UHGV virus genome: UHGV-0383559
From: a virus
DNA length: 40,238 bases
Direction: 5' to 3' (one strand)
The notes below the pieces were generated by a model that searched no databases, was not told where the DNA came from, and saw only the letters and a program-made list of their open reading frames with translations. Both the position numbers and the translations under genes were made by a program. Position 1 is the first letter of the stretch; each line of letters starts with the position of its first letter. Shown one piece after another: positions 16,899 through 28,200 of the stretch.

Positions 16899-17830
16899 TG
16901 GCATACTTTACTTGCCCGGTATCGACCGGGGAAGCCAATATGAAAAAAGTCAAGAGCTACCTCATGATGTTGAATCAGCAGTTGCAATACTGTTTCCAGA
17001 ACATTGACCCGGAGGATAACTTCACCGCGGATTCCCTGCTGAAATACCAGGAAACCGATGAGAACATATCCCAACTGGAAGTGAGCATGAGCGGATTTAT
17101 GTCGCTTTTCAAAAACTTGAGAAACGATGTGGAATCCAGCATTAAAGTCTTGAACGGACAAATAGGTTTTAAGGTAAGTGCAGAGGAATTGTGCTCCGAA
17201 ATCTCCATGACCACCGACACAATCACATTCAAAACGGGTAGCTTGATCATCGACACAACGAATTTCAAGCTCCGCGCGGATGGATCGGCGGAGTTCTCCG
17301 GCTCCATCACCGGCGGGTCCATCAATATCAATGGCCGTTTCGTGGTCACCCCGCAGGGGACCGTCACGATACAGTCCACCACGTTTTCGAAGCAGATCAC
17401 AACCAATGGCCTGCTGTACAGCAACTACATGCGCATCGCTGGGGACGCCGATATCCACGGCTCCGTCAACTGTAGCGATCTGTACGCCTCAAAAGACGTG
17501 TCCTGTGAAACACTCTATCAGAGATCAGACCGCCGACTGAAGGAGCACATCGAGGAGATACCGGACGAGACGGCCCTGGCCCTGGTACTTGGCATGAAAC
17601 CATCATCCTTCGTCTACAAGGAATCCGGGGAGCGAGCAATCGGTTTTGTGGCCCAGGACATTGACGAATTGCAGGACAGACTCGGCACCGCCCTTCCACT
17701 GGTGGATCATAGCGGAGACTACGAGGCGATCCCATACCCCAACTTAACGGCACTCCTGACCGGCGCCGTTAAGGCGCAGCAGAAAGAAATAGAAGAACTG
17801 GAAAGAAGAATAGGAGGAACAGCAGCATGA
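16898..17830 (+). CDS. Second, paralogous tail fibre with C-terminal S74-like auto-cleaving chaperone domain
   Basis: RSDRRLKEHIEEI motif. GSITGGSINING repeats are shared with the previous gene. The start overlaps the previous stop (TAATG). An alternative ATG at 16940 is possible. Confidence 0.75.
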   Translation: MAYFTCPVSTGEANMKKVKSYLMMLNQQLQYCFQNIDPEDNFTADSLLKYQETDENISQLEVSMSGFMSLFKNLRNDVESSIKVLNGQIGFKVSAEELCSEISMTTDTITFKTGSLIIDTTNFKLRADGSAEFSGSITGGSININGRFVVTPQGTVTIQSTTFSKQITTNGLLYSNYMRIAGDADIHGSVNCSDLYASKDVSCETLYQRSDRRLKEHIEEIPDETALALVLGMKPSSFVYKESGERAIGFVAQDIDELQDRLGTALPLVDHSGDYEAIPYPNLTALLTGAVKAQQKEIEELERRIGGTAA

Positions 17831-18042
17831 AAGTGATGTATGACGAGACAGAAGTAGCAACCATGAAAACCCTGCTAAGACAGATACAGGTAATCGGGGA
17901 TCAGCAGGCGGCAATCCTGGCAATGCTGGGCCAGACGGTCCGTAGCGGAAAAGTTGTAGAAGAGGAGCAGCCGAAGCAAGCAGCGAAACGGCAGAGGAAG
18001 GCCAAGCAGCTTGCGACAGAACCGGAGAAGGAGGAAAAATAA
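17827..18042 (+). CDS. Hypothetical small protein (71 aa)
   Basis: ORF-track entry. Its start ATGA overlaps the previous stop. It has a Lys/Glu-rich C-terminus. Confidence 0.45.
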   Translation: MKVMYDETEVATMKTLLRQIQVIGDQQAAILAMLGQTVRSGKVVEEEQPKQAAKRQRKAKQLATEPEKEEK

Positions 18043-19265
18043 TGGCAGTAGGAAGCATTGTGGATTATCTCGCCAGTCGCGGCCAAGATAGCAGCTACAA
18101 GAACCGCAAAAAGCTGGCGGAGCAGTACGGGATCAGCGGATACACCGGATCAGCCAATCAGAACACGCAGCTCCTTAATACGTTGCGCAGCGGATCAGCG
18201 GCGCAGCAGCCCCAGGCACCCACCGGGGGAAATAATGTCACCATCACCCCCGCGGGGCCATCCGAAAAAGCCAGCCCAGCACAAGAATATATCACAGGCT
18301 ACAAGTATAACAAGTACACGCCGTCCAACCGCGTCAATGACTACGCGGACAAGCTGGAGGACTTGGAAAACTCGAGACCCGGAGACTTTTCCAGCCGCTA
18401 TGACGAGCAGATACAGAACATCATCAACACAATCCAGAACCGCCCGCAGTTCGACCAGGGCCAGGTGTTCGACAGCGACTTGTACAAGCAGTATCGGGAG
18501 CAATACGTCCAGCAGGGCAACAAGGCCATGAGAGATACCATGGGCAACGCTGCCGCCATGACAGGCGGCTATGGCTCCACCTACGCCACCGCAGCCGGGC
18601 AGCAGGCCAACGATGCATACCTGAGCCAGCTTGGAGACAAGACCATGGATATCTATGACCGTGTGTACAACCAGTACCTCAATGAGGGCCAGGAATTGTA
18701 TAACCAGCTCGGCATGTATAACAACCAGGACAGCATCGACTATGGCCGCTACCGCGATACCGTGGGCGACTATTATAACGACCTGAATTACTACAGTAAC
18801 CGCTATAACACGGAGTACGCCAACGACTTCGGAGAATACCAGACGGATCAGGATGCCATGAGGTGGGCCGAGCAATACGCCTACCAAAAGACCCAGGACG
18901 CCTTGGCACAAAGCAACTGGAGGGAACAGTTCGACTACCAGAAAGAGCAGGACGCCTTGCAATATGCCCTTGCCCAGCAGCGGGCGGCGCGGTCTGGGGG
19001 AGGGGGATCAGGAAAAAGTGGGAGCGCAACCCAGTTGACAGAGACGGAAGCCGAGCGTTATCTGGATTACGTCAGGCAGACATACGGAATCAACGCGGCA
19101 AATAAAGAATACAAAAATCTGGTGAGCACCGGGGGAGTAACAGACAATAAAATGTCTCCAGAAATGGTAAAAGCAGCGCAAGCGGCCAATATGCCAAATC
19201 TGGGGTACAACTATTCGGACGAAAACAAGCTGAAATACTTGATGAGCATGATGAACAGAAAGTGA
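18042..19265 (+). CDS. Virion-associated protein with extended Tyr/Gln/Asn/Asp-rich low-complexity region
   Basis: ORF-track entry whose start overlaps the previous stop. Roughly residues 120-330 are dominated by Y, Q, N, D and G (for example YNQYLNEGQELYNQLGMYNNQDSIDYGRYRD), followed by a GGGGSGKSG linker. Confidence 0.6.
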   Translation: MAVGSIVDYLASRGQDSSYKNRKKLAEQYGISGYTGSANQNTQLLNTLRSGSAAQQPQAPTGGNNVTITPAGPSEKASPAQEYITGYKYNKYTPSNRVNDYADKLEDLENSRPGDFSSRYDEQIQNIINTIQNRPQFDQGQVFDSDLYKQYREQYVQQGNKAMRDTMGNAAAMTGGYGSTYATAAGQQANDAYLSQLGDKTMDIYDRVYNQYLNEGQELYNQLGMYNNQDSIDYGRYRDTVGDYYNDLNYYSNRYNTEYANDFGEYQTDQDAMRWAEQYAYQKTQDALAQSNWREQFDYQKEQDALQYALAQQRAARSGGGGSGKSGSATQLTETEAERYLDYVRQTYGINAANKEYKNLVSTGGVTDNKMSPEMVKAAQAANMPNLGYNYSDENKLKYLMSMMNRK

Positions 19266-19272
19266 GGCAGTT

Positions 19273-22200
19273 ATGGCATTATCTGAAAACGAAAAAAGGC
19301 GGTTTGAGAATCGATATAGAGGCATAGTCGATCAGAAAAGTGATCCGTTTGACGCATTGCCGGATAGTGTGAAGGCAAGATTGTATAAGCGTAAAAGCAC
19401 ACTTGAAAAGAATGCAGGGGATGTACCGGCCAGTAAGCGAAAACACATCTATTCAGAATTTGGCACAGGGGTGGAGACGGAATTTCGCAACAACCTTCCT
19501 GGACTTGCGCAGGAATACGCACGCAAAAGGGCAGAGAGAGAGCGCACTCTGCCCCTTATCGGTGCGGGGGTATATGAAGCAATGACCGGAAACAATATGC
19601 CCAGCCTGGCGTTGGAATATGCCCAGGAACGGGCCGCACAGGGATATAAGCGGCCATCATTGAAGGATACAGATTTCAGGAACAAGGTTCTTGAAAATGC
19701 CTTTACAGGATTGCAGTTGTCGCAGATGGCAATGAAAGGAAGCCCATCCGCAAAGGACACTGCGGCAGAGTACATGGCGACAAAAGACAGCCAAAGTAAA
19801 AGAAAACCTTACACCCTGAGGAATACTCCATATGATCAAGACTTGGCGGTATATACTCCACCGGAGGTTGAAGAAAAGCGGAGGCGGGAAAAGTTCGAAA
19901 ACGTCGGATTCTATGATCAAAACGATGAGTTTGTGAGATACGATGGACTCGAACGACAGTCAGATTTCCCGGAGATGGTAAAGTCGGGAAAAGAGAAGGA
20001 TAATGTATTTAATGCTAATTATGGATTAATCGATTATCTCAATAAAGATAAAAGAGATGTAATGAAAGCAGCGAATACAAACTTCACTTATATGACGGAC
20101 ACTGAAAAAGACCTGTACTATTATCTCAATGCAAAATATGGGGCGAAAGCAGCCTCGAACTATGTTGAATCGATTAACAAGGAATTAAACAGAAGGAGCG
20201 CAGAATATGCAACCGCTCAGGCGCAGAAATTGGGTAAGGAGCATCCGATATTAGGAACGGTTGCGGATACCGCATTTGCAACGGTGGGAAGCGGTGCTTA
20301 TCCGTGGATTGTTGCAAAAACAGTAGCGGGTAAAAAGGAAATTGACCCAAATGATCCAGCATTTGGGGCGGATATACTAAATTCCGGTATTCGCTCCGGA
20401 ATGAGCGAAAATGAAACACTCAAAACCTTAATTCCCAATGAGGGGGCGCGCAATTTTGCCATAGGAACAGGTCTTTCTATGGCGGAAAATATTGGTAGAT
20501 TACCCATGGGGTATCTGGGCTTGGGAGTTGCGGCTGGAGGAGCAGGACTTTCGGCCACGAGAGAAGCAACGGAGCGCGGAGGCACGGCGAATCAAGCAAT
20601 CGCCTACGGAGCCGCAAATGCAGCAGCGGAAGCATTTTTTGAAAAATTTTCGCTCGAAAATTTAAAATCGCTGAAAGCGGCACCCGGTAAAGGAGTAAGG
20701 ATTTTTCTTAGAAATATCGGTAAACAGGCTTTAACGGAAGGTTCAGAAGAGGTATTCACGGAAATTGCGAATACCGTGTCTGATCAAGTAATTATGCGTG
20801 AATTATCAAATTACAATCTGGAGCTGGAATATTACAAGAGCCAGGGAATGAGCGAGGAGGAGGCGAAACAGAAGGCTTTTGGCACATTTTTAAGTAATGT
20901 AGCCTTGGCTGGAGCTGGCGGCGCAGTATCGGGTGGACTCATGGGCGGAGGGGGACAACTCTTAGGAAACTATGAACTTAGTCAATATGGAAAGAGCATA
21001 GACCATGATTACCGTGATGTGGCCGCTGGTATCGACATTCGTCCTGAGAGCTACGCAACGGCAGAGGATCAGCAGCAAGCGGTGAATCTCCAAAACTTGG
21101 CCCAAGAATACGCTGCCCGTCAGGCCAATAAAGAAACAATATCTAATCGTGAAAAAGCAGAATTTGAGTTGCAGCTTGAGAGCTTCAATTACGGAGCACA
21201 GGCCCGCAAAAAGGCGCTGGATAGCATCCTCGCAGAGGACCAGGAACCACCTGCGCAGCAGAATCATGAGCCGGGAGGAGAACAGCCGGACGCCTCCGTG
21301 CAGAGACCCACAACGAGCCAGAACAGCCCGGAAGCGGCCCAGATGAGGGAAACTGCACCAACAGCTCAGAAGAGTGATAGCGTGGCGTATAATGCGCCGG
21401 AATCTAACGTAAGCGCGTTGGAGGAGTGGGCAAAACCATTCGGAACTGAAGGACAAGACACCTTTAAGGCACTGTACGATGGTGAGACTGACATGGGAGC
21501 GTATTACCGTGCATTTGGCCGCGCCTATAACATAGGCCGGTATAACATGCAGCCTACACCGCAGCACCGGGCAGAGGCGGCGGTGATTCTTGGAGTAGAT
21601 GGATTTTCTGAGGCATTCAAGGCTGGAGCACATGACCGCCCCGAAATTGGATATGACCGAAAGACCGGATCATTGAACGGTATGGTGATGGGATCGCCGA
21701 AAGAAGGTGGCCTTGGAACTGTTGCCCCGAGCGCGACGGAGGCCCAAAAGAAGGCCGCAACACATATCGGAAAACTCACCGGCCTGCAAATAGACCTTGT
21801 GGATGGACTGAACAATCAAAATGCTGCGGCCTCTTACTCCAAAGGCAAGATTACCCTGTCAGTGAACAGCAGCGATTTCATGGGCTCGGCCGCCCATGAG
21901 TTGACACATTACATTAAGGACTATGCGCCGGATGCCTATCAGGTATATTCGGACCACGCAGTACGAGCTATAACGGAGGCGCAGGGAGTTGATCTTGAAA
22001 CGATGATCAATGACTACATAAGCACGTATGAGCAGCAGACCGGCCAGCAGTTAAGCCGGGAAGAAGCCGTTGATGAAATTGTAGCCGACGCCACGCAAAA
22101 GTTCTTAAATGATCCTGATTTCATCAGCCGGGCGATTAAGGAAGATTCGACCATCGGCCAGAGAATTATAGATTTTCTGACCGACGTAATCGACGCGATC

Positions 22201-25200
22201 AAGGAGCTGGTCAAAGTAGGAAGCACGCGCCGGGCAGCAAAAGCATTGGAAGAGAACCTACAATATTTTGAGCGCTGCCGTCAGGAGTGGATGATCGGCC
22301 TGGAGGAAGCCGGTGAACGCTATAAAGCGGGCTGGGAGACTGATACAGACACTAAATATCAGTTAAACCAGTTTGGATTAGAAGAATATACAGAACGTGA
22401 AAAACAGAATCTTGCGAATGAAATAAATATTATCTGCAATTCGAAAGCTGATATTAAGCGATTCGTGGATAATATCAACCCGGCCAAATTGCAGCGTTTG
22501 TTTTTGGGTAATATTGGACCAGAATTAGGCCAAATAATCAAGAATAAAACAGGCATAGATATAACGGGATACAGCCTGGTTATACGAAGTGACAATGTAA
22601 CAAAAATATTCAAAGATCATGGAAGCGATAAGGAGTATAAAAGAGGGCAGATTCCAGTGACGGTCGATGATATTGCAGCAATTCCACAAATTATATCTGA
22701 GGCAGACAAGATTGAACGAACGACTGATACCGATATGGGGAAACCGGCGATACGGTTTGAAAAGAATTTCCGGGGGAAAGATGTTGTCATTGAGTATGTT
22801 TCGGATAAGCGCAGAATGCTTTACACCCAAACCATGTGGATAAATAAAAAGAATCCTCCCACTACGGAAGATGTGCAAGCCCCTTCCCTTACGCCCAAAG
22901 CGGTTAGTGGTACGGATTCTAATAACAGTATAGCACGGGAAAAGAGCGAAGGCAAGGTTCGATTTCAGTTAAAAGAGCCGGTAGAAGAGACGAAAGACCT
23001 TATCGCGGTTCACAATCTGTCGGAAGAAAAACTGCTGGGGGATATCCGGCTTGGTGGCCTACCAATGCCTTCCATTGCCATAACCAAGGCAGATATCGGC
23101 CATAGCAATTTCGGCGACATTTCGCTGATATTCCGCAAGGATACCATTGACCCGAAAAATCGAAAGAACAAGGTATATGGTGCCGACGCCTGGACACCCA
23201 CGTTCCCACGAATTGAATACGAGGCCGATCCCAAGGTATCGCGGGATATCGAGAACAGGGTAACACAACTGAGCGGTGCCTTGCCGGACGAATACGCCAA
23301 CCGCGCAAGGTCGTTCGTGGCAGCGCTGGGAAACAACCTGAATAATTATGGCGGTCAGGCTGGAATCGTTGAACAAGCATTCGGAAATTATGGCATGAAG
23401 GCGGTATATCTGGCAAGCAAGGGGGAACCGGTAGAGGTCAAGACGCTCAAAACAGAGGAAGCCATACCGCAAAACAAGCAGACTATATACAAAGCAATTC
23501 TGGATGAGCTTGGCGAAGATATTGAGCAGGCTCATGGAAAAGGAAGCGAAGTATATGGAAAATATGGTGATCGAGCAAGGGAAGCTTACCGCAGGGGGTT
23601 GATGAGCATTGGTGCCGATGAGGACATGGCTTGGGATATGGCGGGCAGAATGAACAAATTCCAGATCGTCCAAGAAATGCGAAATGCACTAAAATACCGC
23701 GAAACCGGCGATACCATCATCACAGAAGCCCCAGACTACGCGGGGACTGAAAAGAGCATAGATGATCGAATCGACCAGGGAGAATACCGAAAGTGGTTGA
23801 ATGATCTCTTCCAGGGCGTCGAAAAGAGACAGGGAATATACAACGGGAAAGAATACATCACTCCATCGGGAAATCGGAGATCGTTTTCGCAGCTCCACCT
23901 CGACGTGACGGTCGAAAATATTGTAAAAGCGATGCTCGCCCAGACCGATGATGTCAGGAATGTTGCCGGCTGGAATGGCATTAAGTCTATCAGGGCTATT
24001 GTGACCGATGATTTTAAGAGCATCGATCAAATCAAAAAAAAGTCGAACAGACTCCGTGATGTTAATACAGAGACTTACAACAAGCAACTGGAGGAGATGG
24101 AGAACCGATTATATGCTGTAATCGGCCAGATTGTTGACGCCAAAGGAGGATCGGGGAATCATCTGATTGATATTGACATGGTAGGAAAAAGTATTCTGGA
24201 GGCGTGCAAAAATCCTACAGCCCAGAATATCCTCAAAACGCTGCGCAATTACCACTGGCCCATAACAAATGCCCAGGCCCAGGAAATCGCGAACATTGCC
24301 AACGAGGTCTACAACATGCCGGTCAACATGTTCGAGGCAAAGCCCCAGCGCGTGGTGAATTTCGATGAGATCGCCGCCGCAGTAATCCCATTAACGGCCA
24401 GTGAGGACCTGAAATTGGAACTGGAGGCAGTAGGGATTAACGCAGTTCAGTACGATCCAAACCTGCCGGATGCCCGCCGGGAAGCCGTGAACACACTGAA
24501 AGATGTGCGCTTCCAGCTTGAAGATGTGGATAATGTCGATGCCCGGGCGCTCCAGCAGGAAAACAAAACCCTGCGGGAAGCCAACGAACTGCTGAGGAGG
24601 GAGCTTGAATTGACCGGAAAGACAGAGCCGCGCCTGAGTGACGTTAAGAAGGTAGCCACGGAGTTGTTGAGGCAGCATAACAGCGATTACCGGCACGAAA
24701 CCCTGACGCGAAACTTGATCGGGCTGTATGAATATCTGCGCAGCGCCGACCAAGTGGACATGGCACAGGCTGCGGAACTGGCGGCGGGGATCGCCAAAGG
24801 CGTCCTTAAGAAGGCAAAATCCACGTCAGAATATGCGCAGCAGTATGAGGACTTACGGCAGCAGATCAGGGATACCAAGATTCAGATTACGGACCAGGAT
24901 AAGGCCGATCTGATGAGGATGGGAGGCTACAACAACTTCCGCAAGCAGTATTTTGGCAAGATGAAGTTGGGAAACGACGGTATATCGATTGACGCCTTCT
25001 ACCAGGAATTGGCGGACCAGCATCCGGAACTGTTTGATGCCAACGTCACGCATCCGGCGGATCAGCTCATGGCCGTGGCGACTGCAATCGACACCATGAC
25101 CGCCCAGGTAGCCAACCCATACGGCGCGGACATGGACGAGATGTCTTACATCGTAGGCCAGGAAATCTTGCAGGCATATTCCAGGGTACGGGAAGTTCCG

Positions 25201-28200
25201 GCCACATTTGCGGATAAAAAAGCCGCAGAGATTCAGCAGGTGAGACGGGATTATAATAAGAAGATGTCCGAATACAAAAATGACCTGAAAAAGAAGTATG
25301 ATCAAGCATTGAAACAGGTGTGGCGAGAGAACAGCGCAAAAATTGATGAGCTGGCGAAGGAATACCGTGAGCTTAAGGACGCTCGTATGGTAGACCGCGC
25401 AGAATACCGTACCAAAATGGATAGGCTGCGCAATGACAAAAACTTGGCGCTGGCCGCTATGCAGCAGCGACATCGTGAACAGCTCCAGCAGCGCAGGGAC
25501 AGCCTGCGGGCCAGGGAAGCCAAAAAGCGTATTATCAAGGACACGCGAGAAATGCACCGATGGCTGACAGAACCCAATGACAAGAAGCATGTACCGGAAA
25601 GCCTGAGAACCCCGGTGGCGCAGTTCCTTCTCAGTATAGATTTTAGCAGCGATTGGACTGACCAGAATGGAGGCCCGGCGCAGCGAACGATTATCTGGAA
25701 GGACATGAGTAAGCAACTAAATAGTATCGTTGAAGCGGGCGGAATTGTAGAGGAGCAAGGAGAGCAGCGGATTCTCAACGTCGATCCATCACTTCCGGGA
25801 AAAATCAACGAACTTGCGGACAAAGTAAAACTTCTCCCACGGCTGGAAGAACTGGACGCAAACCAACTGGAGCGGTTGCAGGAAAGCGTTACGGCCATGA
25901 AAAAACTGATCCAAGACGCGAATCAGATGATCAGTAACGCCAATTACAGGAACGTTGAAACCGCAGCAACAAGCTTCCTGTCAGATGTCAGCAAGAAAAA
26001 AGACGCGGTTGAATTTTCGGAAAATTCTTACGTGGGAAAAGGGAAAAACCTGTTTCAAAACGACCTGCTGGACTCTAACAGCGCCTTCTACCGTATGGGG
26101 CCGGTGATGAGATCAATCTATCAGGAGATCAGAGATGCAGAGGATAGGCACACCGCCAACCTGGTAACTATGGAGCGATATTTCCACGATACCTGCCAGG
26201 AGCTTGGGATCACAAAAGAGGAGCTGCGGGAATGGACCGGCCCGAAAGCCAAACAAATGACCTTCATAGTAGACGGGAAAGCTGTAAAAATGACAGCAGC
26301 CCAGCTCATGACCCTCTATGAATCGGACAAGCGTGGACAGGCAAAAAAGCACATATACAGTAAAGGCGGAGGCATTATTCCATCAGAACTGATCCGGCAG
26401 AAAGAAAACGATAACGGAAAAGCAAAAACCTCCGTCCTGGGGCGCATGAATCCAAAGCCAAAACCAGTTCATGTAACAGAGCAGGACGTGCAGAGGATCA
26501 CCAGTGTTCTTACACCGAAACAGATCGCCTTTGCGGACAAGCTGCAATATTTCCTTGGGCACGTCACATCTGAGTGGGGAAACGAAACCTCCATGAAGAT
26601 GTACGGCTACAAAAAGTTCACGGCGTCCAATTACTTTCCCATAGAGGTATACCAAAATGCCATCCACAAAGACACGGTTGACGTGGGAATGAATGCGCTG
26701 GCAAGCATCAAAAACATCGGCGCAGCCAAAGCAACCAGCGAGAAAGCCGGAAACGCCCTGGTCCTGAATGACATCATGGATGTGTACATTAAACACTCGA
26801 ACCAGATGAGCATCTATAACGCCATGTTGGCCCCACTCTCAGATTTTCAGAAAGTCTATAATTACAAATCCGGGGAGGCTGGAAATGTAAAAGAAGAAAT
26901 TGAACGAGCGTGGGGGAAAGGAGGAGCCAAATACCTTGACACGCTGATCAAAGACATCAATGGAAGGGTAGACAACCCTGACCCTGGAATGTATGGCAAA
27001 CTGATGCAGAACATGAAGGCGGCGGCGGTCGCGGGTAACCTGCGCGTTGCAATCCAGCAGCCTACGGCAATGGTCAGAGCTGCGGCGGAACTGTCCCTGA
27101 TGGACCTTGGGAAAGGTGCCATCACAAAATCCCCCACACTAAGCAGGAAAGAGCAGTGGGACGTCATGTGTAAGTACGCCCCGATCACTCAGTGGAAGGA
27201 CTGGGGATTCTTCAAGATGGACACGTCAAAAACCATGCGGGATGTGTTAATGGGGACGGAATCCCCCAAGCAAGCCTTCGTAGACAAATTCATGTGGGCG
27301 GCGGCCAAAGGTGACGAGCTGGCCTGGAGACACATGTGGAACGCCTGCGAATACGAGGTTATGAGAAGTAACCCAGAATTAGAGCCTGGGAGCGATGCCT
27401 ATTACCGAAAAGTCGGGAGCCGGTTCTCAACGGTGATCGACAAAACCCAGGTGGTAGATTCTGTGCTGCATCGTACGCAGATCATGCGCAACTCGGATGG
27501 ACTTGTTAAGATGTCCGTCGCATTCATGAACGAGCCACTTAAAAGTTATAACATGCTCTACCGGGCCTTTGTGGACGCGCGGGAGAGTGGCAACTATAAG
27601 GCCGTAAGAACCGCGGCAGTAATATATGCCGCCAATGCGATTACGACGGCCCTGGCGGCGTCCCTGGTTGATATGTGGCGCGACGATGATAAGGATAAGA
27701 AGTTGTGGGAGAAATATCTGAATGCCCTGATGGGGAACGCCATTGACGGGCTGAACCCGCTCAACATGATCCCACTCGTGAAAGATATCTGGTCCATATT
27801 CCAGGGGTATTCCACGAAACGCACAGATTTGAGTGGTATTGAGGATATCCAAAAAGTAACCGGAAAGTGGCTGCAATATTTCCAGGGAGACAGCAAGTAT
27901 ACAATCCCGTACCTCATCATGGAAACCATGGACTCGACAAGTATTATAACGGGGGTGCCGGTTCGAAACCTGAACCGGGATATCATAAAACCGCTGATAA
28001 GATCGCTGTATAGTGTTTGGGACGGTGACGAATACCGTGCACTAAAATTGAAATACGATATAGGAAGCGAGAAGAACCTGGGATACTATGCCGATATGAT
28101 GGTTGACGCCATGATCGAGGGAGATCAGACGCGCATGGAGCAGATCAAGGCGGATATGCTGGAGGCCGGCTTGGAGAATGAAGATATTTCGAGTAGATAC

